From assembly GCF_009834535.1 (NCBI RefSeq), contig NC_045697.1, forward strand, positions 18,664,001-18,728,000: DNA of 64,000 bases, written 5' to 3'. This DNA comes from Camelus ferus (taxonomy: Eukaryota). Made by a program: the position numbers and the translations under genes. Of this stretch, positions 1 through 11,844 are shown in pieces (the first letter of the stretch is position 1; the number at the start of each line of letters is the position of its first letter). The notes beneath the pieces were generated by a model. The model did no database searches. It saw nothing but the letters and a program-made list of their open reading frames with translations, and was not told where the DNA came from.

Positions 1-739
1 TCAGGATTATATTTAACATATTTAAAGCATCTGGGGAATATTACCGGTGTTCAATGATAGCCACTGATATTACAGGGACATTTGACCTGTAGATTTTGAG
101 GATGTTCCATGAGCTTTATGTCATGTTTAAGTTCTTTCCATACTTGGGAAAATATTTTAAACTGAGTAACCCAATATTATACATATAATCATAAAAGCTC
201 TTAGATTGAAATCCAACTAATTGAATTTTTATCAACTTCTGGTTAGTTAGATAGTTTAGTATTTCAACCCTCCATGTTGGAAATATTTCTGAAGTCTGCC
301 AATTCACTTTTTATCCAGTAAAATTTTGTAGATTTGCCTCAGCATCCCCAGTCAGACTAAAATCACTGAAATGTGAATGTCTACATGGGTATAAGTAATA
401 AGGTGTCCATGAAATTGAACTAAATCTATCAGATCATAAACCAGAAGTTTATTTTTATATGTATGAAAATCTTGATACCTGCTTGCTTCCTTGTGATGGA
501 TTTTTTTTCTATAATTGGAATATAATGAAGGAGAGATTCTTATCCCTCTGAGTTTAGAAATAGTAACCATATTTTAAACAATTATATGGTCTAAAGCAAG
601 ACTGGTGCAAAATGATGATGTTTAAAGCTTTTGGAATTTTGCTTTACTTATAAATTCCATCTTTTCCCATATTAGTAAAAAGAATATTCAGAATAAGTTT
701 GGGAAACATGCCTAATTGTTTCTTCTCTGAGCATCAGAA

Positions 740-1660
740 TCTGTCCTGTTCTCCCCATTTCAAATGCAGCCATCTTGGTTCACATCATCCTGCACCAGAT
801 GCACAGCATCCTAGCTGGTTTCCTAGCTCCCACCCTAGCCTCTTCCAATCCACTCTCCATACAAAATGTGAGATTGACCTTTCTTAACTGTAAATCAAAT
901 CATGTCACCACCTGCTTAAGACTCTCCAATGGTTTCCACTGCATGAGGAATAAAATCCAGTCCTTGGCTGTGATGCATACAGCCCTACCTGATCTGTCCC
1001 ATGCTTCCGTCTCTCACCTCTACTCACACCACTGTTCCCCTTGTTCACTGTGCTGCAGCTCCGTGGGCTTTCTGTCTCCAGATACTCCAAATGCATTCCC
1101 ATGTTAGGGTCTTAGCACTTTCTGTCTTGGCACTACCACATTTGAACCTCAGCTCTTCTTTGAACTAGAGACTGATAATAATCTGAAACTTGCAAGTTTG
1201 CTATAAGGATTATATTTAACATTTTTAAAGCATTGAGACAGAAGAAGAAGGAGGAGGAGAGGAAAGGAAAGGGAAGGAGGGGGAGGGGAGAGGAGAAGGG
1301 GAAGAAGAAGGAGACAAGAGAAGAAAGGGAAGTTCTTTGCCTAGTCCTCTGCCTAAAACGCTCTGTTCCACAATCTGCACGGTTCCTTCCTTCTCTAACT
1401 CCTCAGAGACGTCTTCCCTCCCCACACACACCATCACTCTGCGTCCAATGCTCTATTTTATTTTCTCTTAAGTATTCAACACTCTGGTTTCATCTGTATC
1501 ATTTGTCGGGTAGCTGGCTTATGCTACAGCATCTCTCCCCCTAGAATGTAAGCTGCAGGAGTGTCCTGTCACTCAGTGCCTAATACGATGCCTATACATG
1601 GACGTCTCTCAATAACGTTGCTTGAATGAATGAATGAATGAATGAAAGAATGAATGAACA
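740..1660 (+). mobile_element. L2 3' region with (TGAA)n tail
   Basis: aaatcaaatcatgtcaccacctgcttaagactctccaatgg..; ends ctagaatgtaagct..(TGAA)n at 1623-1658. Confidence 0.8.
1235..1332. repeat. GA-rich low-complexity tract
   Basis: Near-pure purine run. Confidence 0.85.
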
Positions 1661-2677
1661 AATACCCAACTTCAGAAGTCACCTCAGTTCTAGTCCTGGC
1701 TTCTGAGTAATGGAATAACCTCTGGCAAATACTGAAACTCTTTGAACTTCGGCTTTCCCTAGAAATAATCAGTATGCTGGTCTAGATGGCCATTAAGGGC
1801 GCTCCCTATTCTATATGTTCATGGTTCATATTCAAATATTATTTCCAATTTCCCGTCCTTTTCTCCTCTCCTTCTCCTCCTCCTTCTTTTCTCTCTCTCT
1901 CCCTCCCTCTGCTCCTCCCTCTGTCAGCAGCAGCACTCCCTTGGATTCACCAGCAGTTCTAAACCAGTTGGAGACACTTTATGCCTAAACACAAACCTTT
2001 CGAGGATGCACGGTCCCTAGACAGTGAATTGTCCTCACAACTGTTGTAGTGTTTCTTTTCCCCTGCCCAGCCAACCCCACCAAAACCACACCCTCCACTG
2101 CCAAGCCACAGCCCCACCCTGCCTTTGGAAATAAAAATGGAATAGAAGGATCCCTGGCTTCTGAAAAAAAATATGCTGCACAAATTTTAACTAGTATGAT
2201 GTTTCTAGAGAAATCAGGGTGCAACTCAGGATTGATAATAACTTTAAAATTTTTTTCTTGTATAATAAACTCCATGAAGCTAATAGGATACAGTGATATC
2301 AGATTTTAGATAATGCCAGAGAAATGTCCAAATTACTTTTTCTAGGCCACACCTAATTACAGTGACTCTCCTTGTATATGTTTAACGTGTAACCACTTAG
2401 TTTACAATATGCTAGAAATAGACATTAAAAACAACACAGTGATGACTAGACAGCAATGTTACACATTAGAACTTACATTATTCCTATTTCAGATCTTGTA
2501 AAAAATGATCTTAAGAAATGAAAAAGGGAATTTCTTTCATGTCTAGAAGAATTGAAGTCAATATCAGATTTTAATTTGCTTGTAAGCGCATAGCTACAAG
2601 CCAAGTTTTTAAAATTTAAAACCATATGAAGGCTGAGAATCACAGCATTTCTGAACTGAAAGAACATTGTGATCTTC

Positions 2678-2818
2678 ATTTAACACATGGGGAAATTGAA
2701 ACTCAGGGAGATCAAATGACTAGGCCAAGGTCATAGACCCCATTAGTGCTGGAGGTGGAACAAAACCTCTGGTCTCCTGTCAATGGTTCCATGCTTTTCT
2801 CATCACACCCGGCTGCCT
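2678..2818 (-). mobile_element. MIR
   Basis: ggggaaattgaaactcagggagatcaaatgactaggccaaggtcata core. Confidence 0.7.
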
Positions 2819-5800
2819 TAATGAGACACTGGTAACTTGCAACTTTCAATCATATGTACCAACACATCACAGAACATGGTAGGTTAGAATATAAAACCAT
2901 GAACTGAGAAACCACTTGAAGAATTATATTATTAATTTATGTATTTATAGTTCTTGCTAATATTTGTTCGAGTTTATATGTCAAGTACTGTACTATGTGT
3001 CACTTTTATTTATCCTATTTTATCCCCAACTGGCCCAAGGGCTAAGTAATAATGACAGTCACTTTTCTAAGCCTTTTACATCTAACAAGTCATTTATTCC
3101 TCATAACTACCCTACAAAGTAGTAGTATTACTTCTATTTTATAGGTGAAGAAATTAAGTCATAAAGTGGTTGAGTCACACTGAAGTTCAAACTTAAGTAC
3201 ATCCCCTTAAACCAATCCGAAGGCTACTTCTCTGTGCTATTCCATGTACTCATTAGTTTCTACTTTGCTATCACCAAACATTAGAAGAACAAGCAGCTTA
3301 ACCCGAGCTGCTTCTCCCTGCATTCACCTAACTTCTCAATATTAGCTGGCAGTAGAGACATTTAAAGACAGAGGAACCAAAAAGGAGAGTAGACTATCTG
3401 CAACCTGAATAACTTGGACAGCCCAGGATTTCACTATATCAGCAATGCTTAAACTGCAACACGTACGGCTGTGGACCATGAGAGCACGTTTTCTGCACAT
3501 GCTGGCCTGGTATAAAAATATAATCTGTAAATTACTAAGTGGGCTAGATTTTTTTCCACAAGAAGGAGCAGAACCACATTCATATTACGTCAGTCAGTGG
3601 GAAATTTGAGGCAAGAATACGTGAAGAGGTGAGGAAGCGCAGGAAATGGTCTCAGTGGCTGCGGGCAGGCTTCAGGAAGCATCAGTTTTCTTCTCATTGT
3701 AATAGTAGCTCTGGTCATTCAGTAGCAGTTCTAGCTGCCCACCACATTCAGGACTTGACTTCTCTGCTGCTGTCCCATCTCTTAGCCTGCTCACTACGAG
3801 CTGACTTTTCTGTATTCCCCTCTCCGACCTCTCTCTCCTTCCTCTCTCTGTTCTTGGCCTCTCTTCTGCCTCTATTTATCACCCATGTTTGTTTGTTTGT
3901 TTTCTCCTGAAGGGTTTCCGATCAAACCCCATGAGAAAGAGAGGGTCCATGAGTAGATCTACTGGTGAATCGAGTAGATGGTGCTCCCATTGGGTAGAGG
4001 GATCCCCAGATCTGTAGATGACTGCCTTCCCACTCCTCTCCTCACTGCCTCACCAAAGAAACATCTTTCTGTCCATTAGCTGCAGCCAATGAAGCAGGGT
4101 CATAGAGAACAAAGCATGGACCTATATGTCTAGAAGGGAACCTTGAGCACAGCAAATAATTTGGATGGCTTGTCTGGTACAAATGCAAATCCTATTTCAT
4201 GTACTGATGGTGTTAGTCAGGGCAAACGCTCTTACTGAAAAAAAAATTATTAAACTTAAGGGTAGAAACCAAAAAATAAAGGGTCCTTGCTAACTATTTT
4301 CTCCTTGCAGACTTCCGCTAGAGTTCCCTTTTTAGCTGCGGCATACTCAGAATTGGACACCCTCAACTTCTTTAATGCCCTTGCTCCTCAACTCTCTTCC
4401 CTGTTGAATCTCTAGTCAGAAATTTTAGTTGACTCAAGATGCAAAAAGCATCTGTTACCTGTCTTGTTCTTTTATAATCCAGAGGTTCTGATAAATCTGA
4501 CATTTTTAAATGGTTAAACAATGGAGGTTTTTGAAGTTGTTTTGTTAATGGGGTTGACTGACTAGGGGATGGAAATCATAGGACAGCTCAGTTGCAGACC
4601 ATTTTGTATTTTTGAAGTCCTCCTCATTGAAATGCCACTCCCTTCCTCCTTTGTACTTCCCTGGGGCTCTGACTTTGCCAAACCATAAAATGAAAATCCT
4701 TCACAGCCCCATTCAAAGATCCTCTCCTTTTCCATGAAGCCATCTGGTTTCCTGAATCCACGTGATCCTTCTTTTCTCTGAACTTGGTATCGTCTCATTG
4801 CCTCTGCTGTTCATGCATGGACACGTCTTGCTATAATTACTTTTAGGAAACCATGAATTTTTACTTGTTTATGGTAAATTCCTCACAGGCAGAGAAAATG
4901 AGCAATGTCTTATTCCCTAAGCCACCTAAAACAGTATCTTGCATATAAAGGTATGAAAAAAATAGGGGAGGGGGATTCATGGGAAAAGGCATGATTGTGC
5001 CCACTTTATAGATGAGAAAGTTAAAACACATCATTTGGGAATTGGGGGAAAATATTGCTCATGGTGGCCCTAAAGTGCAGAAGCAAAAAAAGAAACGATT
5101 TAAAGGTAGAAGTAGAGGACTCAGGCAAAGAGTAAAAGAAGTAAGAAGAAAAAGAGCGAGAAGAGACAGAAAAGGAGGAGATGCGTCACTGGATCGCTAA
5201 GATGAGCAAATAAGCAGCAGAGGAGGGATTTTTTTTTAAGAGGATGAGATGAGAGACAAAAGCAGAAGAAAAAGGCAGAAAAGCACTTTTATCATCTCCT
5301 TAGGAAAATGCTTTATGTCAACCAGAAGAGCTAATTTGAGCTTTGGGAAGTAGAGAAAAAAAAATGAGGAAGGCTCTATCCCTTGGTAAAAGGTAAGAGA
5401 ACTGAGAAAAGTAAATAGAAGATAAAGGGGAAGAAGAGAGGGAAGTGGCTGATCCTTTTTTTGGTTATTAAAATTATTCCACACACAATCGAGTTTTGAC
5501 AACTTTGCAAAATTAAAGGGAAAAAAGAAAACCACATTGAAAGGAACTGAAGTCTAGATTATACTTTACTTGTTACATGAAATATTTGACTATACCTTGA
5601 AAGTTACTTCCACCTTCTGCTTTAATCTAATGATGATGTAGACCCAAATAGCACCTGGAGATGTTGAATGCTCCTCCAGGACCGGGAATGTGACCAGGCA
5701 TGTGATGCTTTGAGTCTGAAATTCTGTGCAGTTTGGATAATTGCAGGCCAAATTTCTAAAGCATACGTTTAAATTCTTTGTCATCAAATGAGAATTTTTC

Positions 5801-6609
5801 AACCATTTTAAATCAGAACTTTCAGATGTCTAATCTGCAATGTCTTATAGTCATTCTAAGTTTGACACCAGAGTCCTGCCCATCATGCAAAGTATTGGAG
5901 AAAAATTAGTTCTAATTTTATTTAAATTAGAAACTCAAGACAGATACGTGACATCTTTTCTGTTGGCTTTCAGGACACCTCTCTTTAGGACACAATTTTC
6001 CTCTTTCCACTCTGACTGCTTCTCCTCAGTTTTTATTGAAGACTCCTCTTCCTGGATTCCTCCCTTATGAATTCCTCCTAGATTCCTCCATTTTTCTAGA
6101 ATCCATCCCTGATTCTCTGCTTTTCTAACATTACACAGTTTCCTTGGATCACATGTTCTATTTCTGTTGTTTTCATTATTATTCAGAAACAGATACCTGC
6201 CTTCCCCATTCACTATCTGCCACCTAATTCCTCTCTACAAAGCTTCAGAACCATAATTCAAAGGCTCTGGATATCTACAGTGTGGTCCTCAGGCTCTGCA
6301 AACTTGTCCTGTCCAAAAATTGATCCTATTTCCTGCCTCCCTCCCCCAAACTTGTTCTTCCTGTCATCCATCTTGTTTCCCAAAGCAAAATACTGGATGT
6401 TACCTTTAATTTCTTATTCCACTACACACCAGGTTATTTGGTCACATGGAGTCTACCTGTTAAGTATTTCTTGAACTGTCAACTTCCTATCAAGCTTGGT
6501 TCACTCCTACTCATCCTCAAAGCTCCACAATAAAATCCTCCTGACTTTCCCCAGATTATGCTAGGTCCCTCAATTTTACTCTTTCATTTTACTCTGTGAC
6601 TCTCTTTTA

Positions 6610-6936
6610 TAGGTTGGTTTATGGTAGACTAAGCTGATATAACAAACAGACCCAAGTAAGTAATTATTCAGCCATCAAGAACTATTTCCTACTCACGTAA
6701 CACTCCTGGGCTAGTGTTCATGTTGTCAGTGCCACTTTTCTCCACACATTTAGGGGGCCTGTCTCTTCTCTATTTATTTCTCTATCACACCCTATCACTT
6801 CTACTTAGATGCCATTGGCTAGACTTTAGTCACATGATCACACTCCTTTGCAGGGGAGGCTGGGAAATGTAGTTCAGCTATCTCCCTGGAAAAAGAAGCA
6901 CACAACAGATTTGGGGGAAAAGCAGTCTCTGCCACA
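6610..6936 (-). mobile_element. MLT1 (ERVL-MaLR) LTR fragment
   Basis: Characteristic ccattggctagac..tagtcacatg..gggaggctgggaaatgtagt..tctgccaca segment. Confidence 0.75.
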
Positions 6937-6982
6937 ATAGCACCTGTCACAGTTGCCATTTTACATTTATTTATACAACTAC

Positions 6983-7126
6983 TTTTTTTTAACTTCGGGA
7001 GGGGGAACAGAGGGAGTTAATTAGACGTATTTATGTATCTATTTAGAGGGAGGTATTTGGGATTGAACCCAGGACCTTGTGCATGCTAAGCATGAACTCT
7101 ACCACTGAGCTATACCCTCTCCCCCC
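6983..7126 (-). mobile_element. tRNA-Ala-derived SINE (vic-1-like), long form
   Basis: Reverse strand GGGTATAGCTCAGTGGTAGAG...CTTAGCATGCACAAGGTCCTGGGTTCAATCCC head, AT-rich/C-rich body, A tail. Confidence 0.9.
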
Positions 7127-7898
7127 ATGACTACATTATTAATGTCCATTTTTCCCACCAGATTTTAAGCTCTGTGAGGGCAGATGCACTTTTGTTCACA
7201 ATCTGGTCTCAATAAGTCTCTATAAATATGTGCTGAATGAATCAGTAAATCCTTCCTAATTTAGATCTCTAGCAGATTTAGCCTGGAGCACTACAGCAGC
7301 CTCTCAACTGACCTGTCTCTTCTCCTCGCCCCCTCTGGAGTAAAGCCTCTCCACAGTGATCCTCCTAAACTCTGCCTTTGATCCTGCCATCTCTTTTCCT
7401 CTAAAACTCTTCTACAGCTCTTCATTGCCCTCAAAACTCTTGATTTTGCCATGCAATTCTCTTCCTGTTTATCTTCCCCGCCTTACTTCTCATCACTGTT
7501 CTCTTTCCACTCCTTCCTGTCACATAAGCACACACCCTCACTCACACTCCCACAAGTACTCTCTCCCTTTCCAGTCTAGCCACACTGAAACCCTGACACC
7601 TCCCCCCAGAGCACCATACCCCTCCCCTGGCTAACTGCTCATTCCCTTCCAGTCTCGGCTTAGTTTGTCACTTTCTTGAGGCTACCCCTTGGCCCTCAGG
7701 ATGGTGTTGGTGCCCTTGCCCTGTGCTCCCATGGCCCTCTGCCTACTGTAGTGGGTATTTTATGGTTTGCCTGAAGTTATCAAGTACTTCTCTGCCAGCA
7801 GACTGCCCTGCCACATCGTACGTTAAGTGTTCCCAGCACTTAACACATTGCTTAGCACATAGTCTACATCCTGGAAATAGAGGATGGATGAATGAATG

Positions 7899-8410
7899 TG
7901 ATACAGAAAAATGGGGCCAGAGAGGATGGGCGAGTCCCAGGCCTCAGGTGAGTCCCTGGGATGCGCCCAGTTAAGTGAGGGTCCTTGGCTTTGTGCAGGA
8001 AAGAATTCAAGAGTGAGTCATAGTTGAGTAAAAGTAGATTTATTTTGGAGAGATATATACTCTATACAGAGTATGGGCTATTCTAAAAGGCAAGAGAAAG
8101 ACCAGGAGGTGCGGGGTTGTTAGCTTTTACGGGCTTGGGAACTCCATATGCTAACAAGTAGGAGGAATATTCCAACTACTTTGGGGAAGTGGCAGGGATT
8201 CCCAGGAATCGGGCCACCGCCCACTTTTTGACTTTTTATGGTTAGCTTTGGACGGTCTGGATGTCTCATTTCCCATGCTAATATATTACAAGGTCTACTG
8301 GAAGTCAAATCTCCTGCCATCTTGGGCCTCAAGGTCTCCTGAGTGTTGAATCTTCAATTGCTCTGTCATTTGTTTAATGGTTGTGCCCTGCCCCCTTCCC
8401 TCCTGTCTCA
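7899..8410 (-). mobile_element. ERV1-like solo LTR
   Basis: TG...CA ends with inverted termini TGATACAG / CTGTCTCA (7 of 8 match); flanks gaatg / gactg; minus-strand AATAAA near 8040; interrupts an L2 tail. Confidence 0.8.
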
Positions 8411-9303
8411 GACTGGTGGAAGGATGGAGGGATGGATGGATGACATTTAGTAGGAGGAAAGTTGTGAGCCATCAAGTTCAACTTTTAAAAAGATCAGATA
8501 TCACTGGTGACATCAGTTAAGAAAGCTTCAGTGATGGAAACACCCAAATTCCTAGGTAAAATCGTGCTAAAGATAGAAGTGTTAATTATCAAAAAAGTTT
8601 TTCAAGTTTCTTTCCATAATCTTAACCTCTTAATCTTACTGCCAAAGTTCCAAAGAGGTGCTTTTCTTCTCTTCTGTAACATTAATTTTTAAAACCCAAA
8701 TGGCCTTAAACTTGTACTTTCTGGTGGTGCAAATAGTTGATAAGTTGTCTTTTCTCTTGATTTCAATATAGAGCAGGAGATATGGTTACACAGAAGCCCA
8801 ACATTTACTTTACCTCTTTTTCCTGGGACTCATGGAACTTGATGGATCTCTAGATCTGTGAAATAGCAGAGGACCTGATTTTCCCCATGTCATATTTGCT
8901 TGTGTGTGCTCCAAAGTCTGGGAGCCCGAAGGGATGGGGCTTGGAGATGGGACAAGGCTTGTCCTGGGTCCAGCCTCCCAGTGTAAAAGCAATTCAGCAG
9001 CCAGAATAACAAACACCCAATTTAGGAATTTGCCATGGAAGCTGCCCAAGGATCATTCCTGGGTTCCTCTGAGTGTATTAGACGAGCTGGAGAAAAAAAA
9101 AAAAAAAAGAAGCAGCAACTCATATTCTGATGTAAATATCAGTAGTCTATCATCACCTGAGCAAGAACAATAGATTTCTAAGTGCTTGTTACTGCTAGAG
9201 GCAACGGAATGAATCTGATGAGGCATTCACAAGGCAGGAAACTTTACAATTTTGATCTAAGAGTAACAGCTACTTGCAGAAGTAGAAATAAAAAGATCCT
9301 CCT

Positions 9304-9456
9304 GAGGGGAGGGGATAGCTCAGGGGTAGAGCACGTGCTTTGCATACAAGAAGTCTTATGTTCAATTCCCTGTATCTCTATTTAAAAAATATAATAAAAA
9401 AATAATCTGAATTACCACCACCACCCCCCTCTCTGAAAAAAAACCAAAAACAAACA
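9304..9456 (+). mobile_element. tRNA-Ala-derived SINE, long form
   Basis: GGGGAGGGGATAGCTCAGGGGTAGAGCACGTGCTTTGCAT head; A-rich tail; imperfect TSD aaaagatcctcct / aaaaatcttcct. Confidence 0.88.
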
Positions 9457-11057
9457 AAAATCTTCCTACTTAATTGACCTGCCCAATTACATCTGACATT
9501 CCTGTAAAAATAACCAAAGGAATGAAATGAATAAGTGTAAACTTCTAAACCAACGCTTCTATTCTAAGAATTTTACTCATCTAAATTTCCTGAAACTTAG
9601 TTGAGCAAGGCTGTAAGCTGTTTTGATTTTTGTATGGAGCGTAGAAGGGAAAGAACAGCACACGCTCTGATTTAGCGTCAACTTCCCTGTCTTATTTTCA
9701 GCCCAGTCAGAAAACCACGCTCTTTGCTTGCCTCACTCCTTTATTTTTCCAAAAAAGTATTCTCTTCTGTGTAAGGTTCTGATCCAAAATAATCAGGGTT
9801 GGAAGCTGGGCTGTTTTTGCTTCATTTCTGTGGCCTGAGTCATTCTCTCCAAGACCAGGATGCCCTCAGGGAAGATACAGAGGAAATGATGTAATTCTCT
9901 TTGGTCTCTTCCATGCTTTGGGCTTTTTCTTTGGCCTGAGCCTTAATGAATCTGTCTTCTAATTAGCCAGCAAGGAGTACAGTGAAAAAAATGTGGGTCT
10001 CCTGCCTCTCCCTTCCTCACTAGATGCTCACATACTGTTTTCTCCTTCCGAGAGCCCAGGTGATTTTGCCAGAATTAGTGCATAAATCTTCTCAGTGTCA
10101 TTGTCAAACAGCTGGAAGCAAAGGTGTTTTCTTATGCCTACTTGACGAGTTGGAAACCAAAAAAAACAAAGTGTCATGTTCAAGGTTAAGCATTGCCAAA
10201 GGCAAGGGAGCAGCAGTAGAGGGGGTTGGAGGGGGCCAGGGAAGGCTAACTATCTCCCTCTGAATTCTTCAATTTCATCCCCCAAGCAAGGCCTTTTCTA
10301 TGCAAATAAAGAAAGCAAAAATCTAAATTCAGAAAATCCATTTAGAACAGACTTCATATATTAACTCGATAAGCACACGCTCAGTTCCTGTGCATTTTGG
10401 ACACCATATCATCTCATAACTTTGAATCGGTTTTCCTCTCTTTCTCTAATATTTGGCTTCTTAGTCTCTTCTGGTAAACTGGCAATTGGCAAATAGAGGC
10501 GCTTTAATTTGATGGGGGGAAGAACTGGGATGCTTAGACCAGGGTTTCCCCCCAACACTCGCACCCCGACTTCAGCCGACTGGAAAACCATACACCTCGG
10601 GGCTGTTCAAAGCACCTTCTCAAGTACCCTCCCCTCTGAGCCCCAGGACTGGCAGTTATTTTAACACATAGCTCTCCCTGTTGAAATGATCTGTTCAGTC
10701 TGTCAGTCTCTTAAACCAGACATCAGCTTCTTAAGGGCAGGGGCCAGTCTTAATTCATTTTGATAACCCCAGCACCTTAAACTTTAGTGGAAGCTCATGA
10801 AATGGCTTCTGGAACTAAACTAAAGAAAAGGAGGACCAGGTGAGGGGCTAGGGGAGAATTCGAGGGAGGGAAGTGAAGGGAGAGAGAGGGAGGGGATGCC
10901 CAAAGGAGAGAAGAGCAGAGTTCAGGCTGGCACCCCAAATTACCTTGAGGCAGCTAATACTTATTTTTAAGAAGGATCCAGGCCCTCAGAAGGAAGCAAC
11001 ACACTAAAGAGTTAATGGAAAGATTGCATGGAAACAGAAACTGGCCTACAAAGTCAA

Positions 11058-11207
11058 CGGGTGTTCCTCAACCAGTGAAATTGCTGGGATGGTGGTTAAA
11101 AGACCTATTCCTGGCTCCACCCTGGACCACGAGCACAAACTCTTTGGGGACGGGACCTCAGAGATTTCTTAACAAGCACCCAGGGTACTAGAGTTTGAAA
11201 AGCATTG
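11058..11207. mobile_element. MER5-like, degraded
   Basis: ttcctggctccaccc..ttaacaagcacccagg..agtttgaaaagcattg. Confidence 0.55.
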
Positions 11208-11815
11208 ATGTGGTCTTTCCTGAATTTATTTCATCCCCCTCCATTCCACTCAGGTCCAATTAGTGCACAGTGTTTTTCATCAGAGACCTAGCTAGCCTTC
11301 TACGGGAAAGCCAGGGTTGTCAATTTGGAAAGACCAGGAGACTCTAGCATATCAACTATGATGTCCTTTTATTCGTTCTGCCCAGTGTCACTGCTCCACA
11401 TAAACGTGCACGGACATGCTCGCATGTGAAGTGCACACGAGCTCGAGGAAGATTCCAGGTCTCTGCAGGGCCAGTGCCTGGGGTCACTTGCCTCATTCCT
11501 TAAAATGCCTCCTGTGCAGGGCAGCCCTTAGGCTGAGTCTGAAAATAAGGTAGGGGAAAAAAAGAGCTGTTTTTAGGGCAAAACCTCTGTGGACAAAATT
11601 CCTTGTATTTCAGGCCTTTGGCTTCTGTTTCTAGATAAAAACCAAGGGATATCTGCAGGAAAGAGAAAATGAAAAGGTTAATTCTATTTTCTAAAACTCA
11701 CTACAGATTTGGTGACGGGTGAACTTGCATTTGGCCTTCATTTTTTCCAGTGATTCATTCTTCTTGGTTCCTGAACACCTGTTTAAAAACAGGGCTTTCT
11801 TCTCTCTGTCCTTAG

Positions 11816-11844
11816 GGCATGCCAACCATGTTTGAAACCATGAG
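11816..11844 (+). CDS. Candidate 29-nt upstream RBPJ micro-exon encoding MPTMFETMR
   Basis: Polypyrimidine tract 11795-11813 plus AG (11814-15); donor GAG|GTAGGT at 11845; three in-frame ATGs (11819, 11828, 11840); ends in phase 2; G-runs at 11860-11879. Confidence 0.4.

Larger units (their letters stand above)
5930..7898 (+). mobile_element. L2 fragments interrupted by MLT1, SINE and LTR
   Basis: Pyrimidine-rich L2 motifs; tails tgctgaatgaat (~7235) and ggatgaatgaatg (~7890). Confidence 0.65.

Noticed and set aside
4288..4310. Strong acceptor gctaactattttctccttgcag
   Set aside because: No convincing donor or reading frame follows; orphan sites are common.
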